DNA of 40,445 bases, taken from NCBI RefSeq assembly GCF_001194135.2, contig NC_068981.1, positions 42,202,942 to 42,243,386 on the forward strand. The letters are read 5' to 3'. This document shows, piece after piece, positions 12,498-25,170 of the stretch. The notes beneath the pieces were generated by a model. That model made no database searches. It was not told where the DNA came from and saw nothing but the letters and a program-made list of their open reading frames with translations. The stretch comes from Octopus bimaculoides. Taxonomy: Eukaryota. Numbering within the stretch: the stretch's first letter is position 1; each line of letters starts with the position of its first letter. The translations under genes and the position numbers were made by a program.

Positions 12498-14782
12498 TAG
12501 GGCTCGAACCCGGTTTTATAAAACCGGTTAAAACCGGTTTTATATTATGATCAGTAAAACCGAAACAGATTTGCCAAAACCGATTTTAATGTTTGCTGTT
12601 TCAATTTGTTTTTTCGCAAAACATTTCTTCATTTTTTTCTTTTGAAGAAATATCGTTCAAAATGAACTAACTGAACTGTTGTCGGTCGCCTTTAGTTGTG
12701 AGTGCTGTCTGTTTCATTGAAACATATCGCAACATATCAATCCTCACCTTCTCTCCCCTTGAACCTTAGATAAGCACTTTGTCATTTCCTTCGCTAAACC
12801 CAGGCTGACTCTTTGAGTTTGGAGGTAACCGACTTTATTCATAGCAAGTCAAGGGGATGCTGTTAGTTTTCAGTCAGGTGATCTTTCCCGTTGAACATAT
12901 GTAATAACCAGTTCAAGATTCATTTCAAGGAAGTAACACTAACTAATTTATTTCTTAATTATTTTCATTAGCCCTAGCATGATAAAAAGAAAATCAACTG
13001 TTTGGAATTTTTTCGATAGGAAAAACAATGAAGCTCAATGCAATAAGTGTGATAAGATCATGAAGTCTTCTGGAGGATCTGCTATGTCTCTGATCTTGAA
13101 TTTGAAGAAAATACATCAAATCGATATAAATCAAGATGCAAACCAGCCTCCTGTGAAAATGACAAGAACAATGGAACCCTTGTTAACAAAGAAATCAACG
13201 GAAGAAGTTTCTAAGTTAGCTGCTACGGATGGAGTCTCTTTCAATTCAATCGCCAAAAGCGATTTTATACTGAGAAATCTTCATAGTCAGAGACGCAAAT
13301 ATGATAAATTACAACCAGCATCTGCAAACGGAGTCAGGAATATGGTAATGAATTATTACATAACCAAGAAAGAAGAATTTATTCATTATTTTGAAAAAGA
13401 AGTAGCGCTGGGGATTCGCTACTCATTGACATTGGATGAATACATATCAATTCAAAATAAACGATATATGAACATAAATGTTCATGGGAAAGACAATCAT
13501 TGGTTGTTGGGTCTTATTGAGATCCATGGCTCCCTTAATAGCAGGAGAACAGAGCAATTTGTGAGAGGACATCTTCGTGAATTTGGATTGGATTTGGATA
13601 TACACATTGTTGGCTGTACGACGGATGGTGCTTCTATGATGATGATGAAATTCGAAAAAGAAATAAGAGCTGATCAACAATGTCTCACACATTGCATACA
13701 TCTGTCTGTGATCGACATTCTCTATCAAAAAATATTGAAAATATTACCTCAACCGATGAGACTGATAAACAAAGTGAAGAGATCGCTATAGCAGACGCTA
13801 GTGATGATGAAGCTGACAGATTTGGCTCACTAAAATGCTTGTTTTCCCCAGCTAAAACTTGAATTTAACAAAGTTTTAAATAAGGTAAGAAAACTTTCAA
13901 AACTTTTCCGTAAATCTCCTACAAAAAATGAAATTTTGCAAGATTTTGTACGAGCGAACTTTGATAACAGAGAATATAAACTGATACTGGATTGCAGAAC
14001 TAGGTGGTATAGCACATTCCATATGACTGAGAGATTTTTTAGAATAAAAAGTTGCATCCCTAATGCTCTACGAGCAGTACTTTCCCCAGATGCCGTAGCT
14101 GACGAAGAATGGAAATCTCTCGATTTACTATATGAAATTCTGCATCCATTAGAAATTATTTTGAAGGCTATGTGCACTGATGAAATGGATTTACTGAAAG
14201 CAGAATATTCTATAGAATTTTTATTGAATAAACTTAATATCGTCGGCAACTCTTTGGCTCAAAATCTTCGTGAAAGACTTATGCATAGATATAATAAGAG
14301 AAGAAATGTTGAAACCTTGAGTCTCTTGAGGTATTTACATAACCAAAGGAAGTTTAAAGGTGAATAAATTTCTGGACCTTTTCTTTTTTTAACGAAACAA
14401 CATTTAAGGAAGTATGCTGAACAAACATATAGGAGATTATTTCATGAACATGACACTGAGAACACAACAGAATTATACAAAGAAAATGAAATATGAGGAG
14501 ACCTAAAAACAAATGTTATTGTTGTCCCATCTACTTACGAAGGTAATGAACTCATGCGTGAATACACAAGCGCAATGAAGAAAATGAACGAAGAGCCCAA
14601 GATAGTAGCAGATGGATTTGAAATCTCTAAAGAATTCGAATATTTTGAAGCAACTTCGAACAGAAGTGAAAAGCTCGAGAAACTTTATAGAGCATTGCTT
14701 AAAACTAAAGCAACTAGTGTCCAGTCGGAAAGAGCTTTTTCAATTACTGAACTTTTCAACACAGAAATTAGGACAAGTTTGT
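12498..14782 (+). mobile_element. hAT-superfamily DNA transposon, left end to gap; right end not visible
   Basis: Starts TAGGG at 12498, followed by clustered aaaaccg subterminal repeats and palindromes, then a transposase frame. Confidence 0.9.
12979..14782 (+). pseudogene. BED-finger hAT transposase (about 600 codons, disabled)
   Basis: BED finger: VWNFF...CNKC...LILNLKKIH. Catalytic D in SLTLDE (13435), D in TTDGAS (13624), CxxH in CLTH, DCRTRW, and E in TSVQSERAFS (14728). Two compensating frameshifts at about 13730-13860; in-frame stops at 14365 and 14494. Confidence 0.92.
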
Positions 14783-15484
14783 NNNNNNNNNNNNNNNNNN
14801 NNNNNNNNNNNNNNNNNNNNNNNNNNNNNNNNNNNNNNNNNNNNNNNNNNNNNNNNNNNNNNNNNNNNNNNNNNNNNNNNNNNNNNNNNNNNNNNNNNNN
14901 NNNNNNNNNNNNNNNNNNNNNNNNNNNNNNNNNNNNNNNNNNNNNNNNNNNNNNNNNNNNNNNNNNNNNNNNNNNNNNNNNNNNNNNNNNNNNNNNNNNN
15001 NNNNNNNNNNNNNNNNNNNNNNNNNNNNNNNNNNNNNNNNNNNNNNNNNNNNNNNNNNNNNNNNNNNNNNNNNNNNNNNNNNNNNNNNNNNNNNNNNNNN
15101 NNNNNNNNNNNNNNNNNNNNNNNNNNNNNNNNNNNNNNNNNNNNNNNNNNNNNNNNNNNNNNNNNNNNNNNNNNNNNNNNNNNNNNNNNNNNNNNNNNNN
15201 NNNNNNNNNNNNNNNNNNNNNNNNNNNNNNNNNNNNNNNNNNNNNNNNNNNNNNNNNNNNNNNNNNNNNNNNNNNNNNNNNNNNNNNNNNNNNNNNNNNN
15301 NNNNNNNNNNNNNNNNNNNNNNNNNNNNNNNNNNNNNNNNNNNNNNNNNNNNNNNNNNNNNNNNNNNNNNNNNNNNNNNNNNNNNNNNNNNNNNNNNNNN
15401 NNNNNNNNNNNNNNNNNNNNNNNNNNNNNNNNNNNNNNNNNNNNNNNNNNNNNNNNNNNNNNNNNNNNNNNNNNNNNNNNNNNN

Positions 15485-15516
<32 letters not shown>

Positions 15517-15692
15517 CACCCCTAAATGTATACACATATATACCTAAACAGATTTAGGCGTTCTCTCTTTCTCTCCCCTTCCCTCTCTCTATATGTGTGT
15601 CTGTATGTATGTATGTATAAATATTTATATTTATATAAGTATAAATGTTTACATATACATACATACATTATCATATAAATATATATATATAT

Positions 15693-15729
<37 letters not shown>

Positions 15730-15739
15730 NNNNNNNNNN

Positions 15740-15789
<50 letters not shown>

Positions 15790-16230
15790 TCCATACATAT
15801 ACATATTCCTATACATACGAACATACACATGTATAACTATATCTCTATATGTGTATGTATATATATGAGTACATGTATACATCTGTGTATGTGTTTGCTA
15901 AGTGTCTTCGTGTGAATATGCACGTACGTGTGTTCGCATTTCTGTATCTCTATTAATTTCCCCACTAAGTCGAATTAATGCTTAAAATGAACTCGCTTCG
16001 AGAAAGAAACAACAATATGAATGTTTATGGATTTAATGTCACTTACATCATGATTAATCTCTATCTTATCAGCAATGCTTTATTACTATGTAGTCGTTAG
16101 ATGACGTTCTCTTCTGAAATTGCCATTTTTACATAAAAAAGCAGAAAATATAAAACATAAGTGGATATAAAGAAATATCTTCAATGTTACACACGCACAC
16201 ACTCAAATGCACACATATACCACACACAGT

Positions 16231-16274
<44 letters not shown>

Positions 16275-16814
16275 TCGCCAAGCCAACATGGCCTCCTTTA
16301 GAGAGACTTAGAAATATTAATAACTCTATNNNNNNNNNNNNNNNNNNNNNNNNNNNNNNNNNNNNNNNNNNNNNNNNNNNNNNNNNNNNNNNNNNNNNNN
16401 NNNNNNNNNNNNNNNNNNNNNNNNNNNNNNNNNNNNNNNNNNNNNNNNNNNNNNNNNNNNNNNNNNNNNNNNNNNNNNNNNNNNNNNNNNNNNNNNNNNN
16501 NNNNNNNNNNNNNNNNNNNNNNNNNNNNNNNNNNNNNNNNNNNNNNNNNNNNNNNNNNNNNNNNNNNNNNNNNNNNNNNNNNNNNNNNNNNNNNNNNNNN
16601 NNNNNNNNNNNNNNNNNNNNNNNNNNNNNNNNNNNNNNNNNNNNNNNNNNNNNNNNNNNNNNNNNNNNNNNNNNNNNNNNNNNNNNNNNNNNNNNNNNNN
16701 NNNNNNNNNNNNNNNNNNNNNNNNNNNNNNNNNNNNNNNNNNNNNNNNNNNNNNNNNNNNNNNNNNNNNNNNNNNNNNNNNNNNNNNNNNNNNNNNNNNN
16801 NNNNNNNNNNNNNN

Positions 16815-16847
<33 letters not shown>

Positions 16848-16899
16848 TGACTTATATTAAGATAGTATCGCATCCGTTTTGCCATTTGTAATCATATAT

Positions 16900-17400
16900 C
16901 GCTTGGAGGCGACTGTGTAACTGATGATAAATGTGGTCAGATAGAATTGTACGTTTGTTTCTGTTTCCTGTTGACTAACATTTCACGTCATATTTTATAA
17001 TACTCAATTCTTTCAAATACAATATTACACCGGCTTGAAGACCAATATGAAACATCATGAGCGAACACGAAAATCTAGACAGGGTCATTTGACCTGCTAG
17101 AAGTTGCCATGCCAACTGGCCTGAAATTATATCCAGTCGTCTTGTAACAAAGAGAAACACATTACGTAGTTATAGGTATGTTTTATCTGAATATTGACAC
17201 CTGCTTATATGGTTCACACCCATGATGTCCTAGGTTTGATCTTACTGAGTGGTGTCTTGGGAAAGTATATGTTGCTATAATCTCAGGTCGCCCCAAACTT
17301 TGTAAACCAAACGAAATTGTTTGGAAGTCTTCGTTTTTGCATTTGGTTTGCAATATTCTTGATGTGGTCTTGTTGAAACAGATTTTGCTGTATCTTAAGA
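16900..17400 (-). mobile_element. Probable decayed Penelope-like linker/GIY-YIG fragment
   Basis: Minus strand reads RPEIIATY...SVRSNL...GCEP, KTTGYNFRP and HIG. This resembles a PLE linker and endonuclease but is heavily frameshifted. Confidence 0.4.
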
Positions 17401-17405
17401 GAGAC

Positions 17406-17738
17406 ATTATGTCTGTAGTAAACACACGCTCCTGTTCTGTTTCACTTCTTTGTTTTTCGCCTGTTGGTTAACTATTTAACCAATTAACTAACCAATAGTT
17501 TGATTAATAATTCGGTTGTCAATCAGTTACATTCGCCAAATTACTTTCGTCGCCATTCGTGACCCTTCAATGACATCCACTCCAGGTAAGCTTAATAGTT
17601 CGCAAATAGAGAGCAGGGACTTTGGCAAATACAACTGATTGAGTAACCGAATGATCGTTCAAATAATCGATTAAATAGTTAACAAATTGCCGAAAGAAGT
17701 GAAATAGAACCAGTGCATGAGTTTACTGTTGGCATAAG
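17406..17738. mobile_element. Foldback / MITE-like element with long imperfect inverted arms
   Basis: Left arm about 17406-17540 matches the reverse complement of about 17621-17738 (e.g. gttctgtttcacttcttt, gttaactatttaa, attcggtt, tcaatcagtt, gccaaa). Spacer about 80 bp. Confidence 0.75.
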
Positions 17739-17969
17739 GACCCTCCCGTTATATAAAAAGTTTTGTAGTCTGTAAAATAATTCAGAGTTTCAGCCTTGCC
17801 ATACATGCCACGTTCAGCTATCTTGAAAAACCTGTAAATTTCACTACAATGCAAATGTGTAAGTAATACTTAATCACTCATAGATTAATTCAATGACAAG
17901 GCCATACAATTACTCAAATAATAGGAACACTCATCCTCAAACTGGAGATGTATTTTAATATTTTAATAC

Positions 17970-18200
17970 GAGACAGAACGGTCATACCTGGAATGTCGTT
18001 GACCATAGACATGATCAGTTGATCAACTCTGAACTAGGTGTTTTAGCATCATTTGAAACACAATACATTTAAAAATAATAATTTAAAAGAGTAGGTGGTA
18101 TTTCAAAGCAGCATGAGAAGGCAGAATCAATGGAGCAGCTGGCACATTGTCTAGCAATATTTAGAATTATATTTTCGTGCCTTATTTTCTGAGTTCAAAA
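17970..18200 (+). mobile_element. Degenerate SINE-derived fragments
   Basis: aaggcagaatc...ttctgagttcaaa resembles the SINE head and B-box seen elsewhere in the window. Confidence 0.35.
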
Positions 18201-19948
18201 ACAAACACAAATTCATCCAAATCTATTTTCTTATATCTCGCAACTACGTTGTTTTAAAGATTAGTTTCACAAAATGAAACTGAAATAAAAGGCAAATGTT
18301 CAGCGGATAGGATCATTTTTCTCTTACAGTTTGACTTCTGTATGTAAGGGAATCGGGATTAGGAAGCTGAACATTCCTGTTATACCAACAGGTTATAACT
18401 AAAATCTGTAGTTCTTCGTTTGTGCTCATGTGCCTTCTAATGAATAGCTGCTGTAATTGTTTTTGTTGTTATTTCTGCAAGTTGCTCAGCATCTACATAG
18501 TTCTCATAAAGTATTTTCAAGGAAATAGCGAATCTGGTTTTCGAGATTTTAGGAGTGTAAATTGAAAGTCAACGAGATCTAGAGTTAAGTTTGCTCCAAA
18601 ATAGTTTTTGATATGATTATGTCATTTTCCGTTAAGTTTTTATGCGCTAGGTTACTTCACAACATCTAACTTATGGTATAAATCTAATGTACTCACACTT
18701 AATGTAGACTGTGTAGACTGTGCCAGGTTTTTGAATATAATTCTCTTTTCTTAGCTATGAAAAGCTGTTTGTGACGATAGGAATTTTTGCATAGAGTTAT
18801 TTTAACATTCAAGTGAACCAATTTTTGTTTCTGTACTAGAGATAAGTGAATAGCAGAATAAAATCTTTGCATTTGGCTTTATCCGCTTAACAAGGAAGAG
18901 TTATTTTATTAATATTTCTTCATAATAGAAGCCTTCTAGTTCAGTTTTAATGCGTGAATTAGCAAATATTCTGTTTCCTTAATTCTATAAAGAATGACCA
19001 TTTTTGCTTAGATTCAGAGAGTTGGGTGGTAATTCAGACTGAAGAGACACAATCATGGTGAAACACCGACATATCAAACATATCCAGTACGTCATTGCAT
19101 CGCGTGTGTTGTCAAAACAATGTATTAAGAGAGAAGCTGCTTTCCGAAGGCAAAATAGATCAGCAGATAACATATTCACGTTCAAATCAGCTCCAATATA
19201 TTAAGAATGATTAAATTCATCTATTCATGCTGCATACACATGATATGTCGCCTTTCTTTCGGCTACGTGATACTTAAAACCCTTACTCCGTCACTTCTCA
19301 TTCTTCCTTTCTGCTGCCTATTCCTACAACTTTAAATCCTGCTACCATCACAAACTGACTGCTATTTCACAGATTAGAATTTTTTTTATTAGTTCTGAGG
19401 ACACAGCAATTCGTTCATACCGAAAACAAATCAGGAATTTTTGGAGGGATAAGAAAACAATTAATTATAAAGATCTCTGTGTAAGAAATTACAGTGCATC
19501 TAATTTCTTTTATTATAAGGGAGTTAATTTTGCATTTGTATTCCAGAATTGTAGTAAATTTATGATTACAACTCTTCCTTCGTCTCACGTTCTAGTTCTC
19601 TGCCTATCCTATTTTCGCACCTTCGGTCTATGTGTAGCTTAGGCGATCCCAAACACAAATAAAATCAAAACGAAAGTGAGAGGAACATGAGCAGTTAAAA
19701 CGACAGTTTATCATTCATTCATTCCGACTTTGTCTATTACGTGATAAACGCGTCAATCAAGAACCAGAATACAATCATTATTATATATATATATATTTAT
19801 ATATATATATATATATGTTACTCAAATATGCACACACATATAGTTGATATTTTGAATGCATTTGATACGCACTCTTCAAGTTCCTAGCTAAGATAAACAT
19901 TGCTTAAGAAACCGTTGTACATACATATATACATGCATTGTGTGTGTT

Positions 19949-19987
<39 letters not shown>

Positions 19988-20019
19988 ATCGACAACGCTT
20001 TATACGTCCGAAAGGAAAT

Positions 20020-20337
20020 ATTCTCTGAAAGGAAATATCTTCAAAAGGAAATATCTCTGAACAGTTCTCATGTCAGTAAAACCATTACCAAAGGCCCGCT
20101 TGATATTCCGTAGAACTTCTGCAGCAGAGTGACTCAGTTTGGACTCATACGAGAAAATCACGCAACATAGTTTGGTTGTTATCATTTTCATAAGGTCTGT
20201 GGGTACGAATTTTGTATACCAATATTGTTGGGAAAGAAAAGGAGTCAAGATTAAATGCACGGTATACATAACTGAGTTTTTAAATGACTGAAATAACAAG
20301 TAATTAAAAATGCGGCATTTCATGTGAAATAACCTAA
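20020..20337 (-). mobile_element. mariner left end with N-terminal HTH of the transposase
   Basis: Minus strand: TA + TTAGGTTATTTCACATGAAATGCCGC (mariner-type TIR), then IFSYESKLSHSAAEVLRNIKRAFGNG...RTVQRYF, similar to the Hsmar1/SETMAR-type HTH. Truncated next to a (TG)n array. Confidence 0.8.
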
Positions 20338-20478
20338 TAATTGTACACTTTCTTACAGAAATGTTCTGTATTCTATTAAGCACCAACAACCCTGACGTTT
20401 CAGCTTATAAGGACATAGCTGTCCTATCTGCTTTTGTGAGACTAGGTGGTCCACCTATCGTATATGATGACGTGTATG

Positions 20479-20483
<5 letters not shown>

Positions 20484-20550
<67 letters not shown>
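20484..20550. repeat. (TA)n microsatellite
   Basis: Direct reading. Confidence 0.95.
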
Positions 20551-20558
<8 letters not shown>

Positions 20559-21882
20559 GATATACTTGCACACACACACACATATATGCGTGTGTATATG
20601 TCCCTGTGTAAGAGTGAGTAGTATTGTACTATCGTTAAAACAGTTAGTAGCTGAAGAGATTGTAACAATTTCATCCATAATTAATAGCTTTTAGTGATAT
20701 TATATGTCTTCTTTCGATAGTAATATTCTGAATGATATTACTTCATTATACCGTTGTTATTTGCATTGTTTACAGTGTTGTTTAGAACAAAAGAAGTCTG
20801 CGACAAAACAGTATTTAACAGCGTTCAATGGCTTTATCTATTATTAAGTCCAGCAAATGATTCAATAGTCCTTAGACTTGAATGAGTTCTCCTCGTTTTC
20901 CTTACAATGTAAAACAATAAATAAAAAGTAGAAAAAAGTTATAACTCAAAATATTTGATAATTCATTTAATACTATGCTTTTGTTTGTATATAAAAGAAA
21001 GGAAAATAATGACATTCAAATCTGCGAACTTAAGATTTACAGACAAAAAGGTACAAGTAGTTTCCTTTAAAAAAAGTTAAAAAACAATGTGATAACATAA
21101 TATGATTTATGAGAAATTAGGCTTTTATACAATTTTTGAAACAATATATTTTAGATACAAGATTATTATTTGCATTTTTTGCTGCTTTTTAGCACCAGGC
21201 AGTTCTGTTTGAGCAAACAGTGATGAAAGGCATTTCACTCTTCATAATCCCTTATTTTTAGGGGTATCAGGGATTAGAATATTAAATGTCTCCTTCCCGT
21301 TTTTCTTATAAGATGTGTATGAATTGATAGAGATGCCACCGTTATTTTCTCGCAGGCTGAGCGACGGCGTAGAGGTTTCATCGTTGGCTGCAATATTAGT
21401 TGCCTTGTCTGTTGTTTTGTTCTCCAATAACTGTGTAGATGGAGCAGATCTACAATGGAAGGTGTTTCTGCTATCATACGACTGTCATTTTGCAAAGCAA
21501 AAACTATATTTTCCAACATATCTTTATTTAATACCATATCTTTTGTTTCAATGGATATTATCCAACTCTTTCTACTACAGTCTTGGTGACTCGACAAATT
21601 CAGAGTTAAGAACTGTAGCGTGTAAATTACATGCGGTGGTTCATTAGAGTGCAATATGGCTGTCAAGACATATTACTTTCATTGCAGCATCTTGTTATAG
21701 CCACAATAAGATAGACATGATGGGCACGGATGAAGCGTGGTAGTAGTTGTCTGCACTCGTCATTGGACGTTTGCAACCCGCCACAAAGTTTTTATGATGA
21801 TATTTTTGTGCGTTTTTAATTTTCTTTTTTATATTCTTTTGATATCTGGACTGAGGTTAGGATTTCCGTTTCTAGGGTGGCG

Positions 21883-21883
<1 letters not shown>

Positions 21884-21960
<77 letters not shown>
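21884..21960. repeat. (TAT)n microsatellite
   Basis: About 25 units. Confidence 0.95.
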
Positions 21961-21970
21961 GTCGTTATAA

Positions 21971-22180
21971 AGCGGTGGGTTGGCAGAAGCGTTAGCACGC
22001 CGGGTAAAATGCTTAGCGGCATTTTGTCCATTTTATGTTCTGAGTCCAAATGACGCCGAGGTGACTTTGTCTTTCAGCCTTTCAGGGCCGATAAAATAAG
22101 TATTAGTTGTGCACTGGGGTTGACCTAATCAATATAGCCCCTCCTCCGAGATTGCTGGCGTTGTACCAAACTTTGAAGCC
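21971..22180 (+). mobile_element. Near full-length tRNA-derived SINE
   Basis: Head gcggtgggttggcagaagcgttagcacgccggg, B-box-like gagtccaaat, body gccgaggtgactttgtctttcagcctttcagggccgataaaataagt shared with 37234-37400. Confidence 0.8.
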
Positions 22181-22254
22181 ACTATTCTTATTGTTGCTGA
22201 TGATGGTGAGTTTGCAGAATCGTTAAAGTCCGTACTCTCAACTCACAGTCTATA

Positions 22255-22900
22255 CTCTCAACTCCAGTATTTCATTTATTCATTATATTATCGATGCCGA
22301 AAGGATGATAAGCGTTGCTGAGCACGGAGTGATTTGAAATTAGAAAGTAAAGAGCCAGGAATAAATAACGCAAAGTGCTTTTTTCTGATGATCTTCACCG
22401 CCCTGATAATGATAATAATGGCTTGAATTGTCGGCACAAATCCAGCAAACTTACAGGGAGAGTGTTAGTCGACTTAAGTGATACTTTTTTAATAATTCGA
22501 AAGGATGAAACTGAAAGGCGAATTTGTTATGTCTTAAGCTACTGCTATCTAGCACCTTCGAATGATCTCTACTCAACCGTTACACGACCGCTACTCAACA
22601 GTCAGTCAACTGGTAGTCCACCGTTAGTCTACTGCTACCACTGTCAGACTACCTCTATTGATATGTCTTGGTCGAACCTACTTCTTCGCTTGGGGGTGTC
22701 GACACAACAGAACGATATTTGAAATGTTGCTTAGCTTTTTCTCCGACATGCACACTATTCTGTTAGTTCGTTGCCTTCCTGATAATGATAATAATATTTA
22801 ACTTTGACATAAAGCCATATAGTAATTTGGGCATATCTTTCGACTCCAGTATTTGACTGATGTTTACTTCAGCGACTTTATAAGAACCAAACGTAAAAAC
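22255..22900 (-). mobile_element. Chain of about three degenerate minus-strand SINE copies
   Basis: Reverse-complement heads near 22400 (agggcggtga) and 22777 (gaaggcaacgaac), and body motif tcatcctttcgg, separated by (ATT/ATC)n linkers. Confidence 0.6.
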
Positions 22901-23751
22901 TCAACTTCAAAATTATTGATAGTGTATTCGGACATTTCCATGAGAATCCGAAATAATCACATGTAATATAATTGCTGCATTGTTGAATACATAACAGAAT
23001 AACCTAATATGTTCCCGATTAATGCTATCGTAGTCAACAAAATCAGGCATATACTTAGATGATAAAAACTTTTCTCTGATACATTAATTTAATTTATTAG
23101 GTTGCTGAGGTACCAGCTCAGATGTTTGTCGTTAACAATGTCGGTGTTGTTAAATAGCATTTATCACCTCATTAGCGTGTAGCAGTAAGTTCAATAATTT
23201 CCCGAGATTTACAAAACACAATCATAATAAGCTAATACAATAGTCTCCAATAATTTCTATTTAAGCCTTTCTATCCAGTCCGAGTGATGGTTCTGATTGT
23301 GATCTAAATATAGTTGGAATGTATCAAATGTATTTAAAGAGCCTGTAATTCAAATATACTTATAGTCTGAAGACACTTTCTAATTGTTGTTGAGGTGTGG
23401 TGATAAATATTAGTCAGTACAGGAATTTCGACTAGATGAAGTGTACTACAATGTTGTCCGCGAACATAATATGATTAAGCATCAGAGTCAATAAATGCAT
23501 TTATTTGTGACGCCAATTATCTAATACATTTCTATGTAGAGCTCCACATACACACACACACACACACACACATGCACACATACACACACATATTGTGGAT
23601 ATATATATACACATACACTCAGTCATACACTTAGGCACATATAATTCATATAATTATGTGTATGGATATATATAAATACACATACTTACAGATAGGTGTG
23701 CATACTTGTTTGTTGTGTGTATATACCAATCTATATGTGCATATGGAACAA

Positions 23752-23782
<31 letters not shown>

Positions 23783-24792
23783 NNNNNNNNNNNNNNNNNN
23801 NNNNNNNNNNNNNNNNNNNNNNNNNNNNNNNNNNNNNNNNNNNNNNNNNNNNNNNNNNNNNNNNNNNNNNNNNNNNNNNNNNNNNNNNNNNNNNNNNNNN
23901 NNNNNNNNNNNNNNNNNNNNNNNNNNNNNNNNNNNNNNNNNNNNNNNNNNNNNNNNNNNNNNNNNNNNNNNNNNNNNNNNNNNNNNNNNNNNNNNNNNNN
24001 NNNNNNNNNNNNNNNNNNNNNNNNNNNNNNNNNNNNNNNNNNNNNNNNNNNNNNNNNNNNNNNNNNNNNNNNNNNNNNNNNNNNNNNNNNNNNNNNNNNN
24101 NNNNNNNNNNNNNNNNNNNNNNNNNNNNNNNNNGTGTGTGTGTGTGTGTGCGTGTGCATGCAAGTATTAAAAGGGAACATTAAGACGTGTGTGTGTCGTA
24201 AGGAGAATTATAGACGTAATTACCACAAATTAATATGATTAACGAAATAATATATTGAATGTTACGGAGAAACAAAGTTTCAATTGATGGTATACATATG
24301 TAATTATTTCTCTATGAAGAGTTCGTTCAGTTAATAGTCTTCCTGAATTTATGGAATGGAAATCAAGAAAAAAAGGAAAGAAAAAAATAAAATTATATAA
24401 TTTTCTAGTCATAGAAAATTATATAATTCTTTGTTTTTTTTTTCTTTTTCAAAAGCGTGAAATTATTTCGCTTTTACGTTTTTTTTTCACGGTCATATAA
24501 TGATTTTCAGAGAATCATATTTAAACGCCTTTATCATTCTTTGAATTAACTCTATAAAGAAGGAGTAGGTTAGTAAGTAAAAACGATTCTATCAGAAGAA
24601 TTTAGATGACACAGCAGTAAACTGCTATATTTTGCATATTTTCTTGCATACGTTTATTGCTCTGCTTACAGATTAAAATTTCAAAATAAAATACTAATTA
24701 CTTGGTTTCTTTTGCTTGAAAATCTCAGAAAATTAGAACGATAAAATACATATACACGTATACATACATATATGTAAATGCATGTATGAACC

Positions 24793-24887
<95 letters not shown>

Positions 24888-24952
24888 NNNNNNNNNNNNN
24901 NNNNNNNNNNNNNNNNNNNNNNNNNNNNNNNNNNNNNNNNNNNNNNNNNNNN

Positions 24953-25005
<53 letters not shown>
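24793..25005. repeat. Compound (CTGT)n(CT)n microsatellite with internal gap
   Basis: Direct reading. Confidence 0.95.
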
Positions 25006-25036
<31 letters not shown>

Positions 25037-25125
25037 TACACATGTATACGATACGTGAACACGCGTATACATATATGTGTAATATATATATTCATATATA
25101 CATATACATACATAAATATATACAT

Positions 25126-25168
25126 GCAAAAATACCCAGTTGTTGATGTTGAAATTCCAATGAAGGAC
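25126..25168 (+). mobile_element. Short piece of the 3' UTR of the (ACAT)-associated R4-like LINE
   Basis: aaaaatacccagttgttgatgttgaaattccaatgaagg matches about 34851-34890. Confidence 0.6.
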
Positions 25169-25170
25169 CC

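Noticed and set aside
18316-18350. Strong acceptor followed by a 10- or 14-nt micro-exon and a GT donor
   Set aside because: Such sites arise by chance in 40 kb, and no partner exons were found.
19060-19200. AAFRRQNRSADNIFTF resembling a LINE RT motif
   Set aside because: A single short motif with no flanking support.
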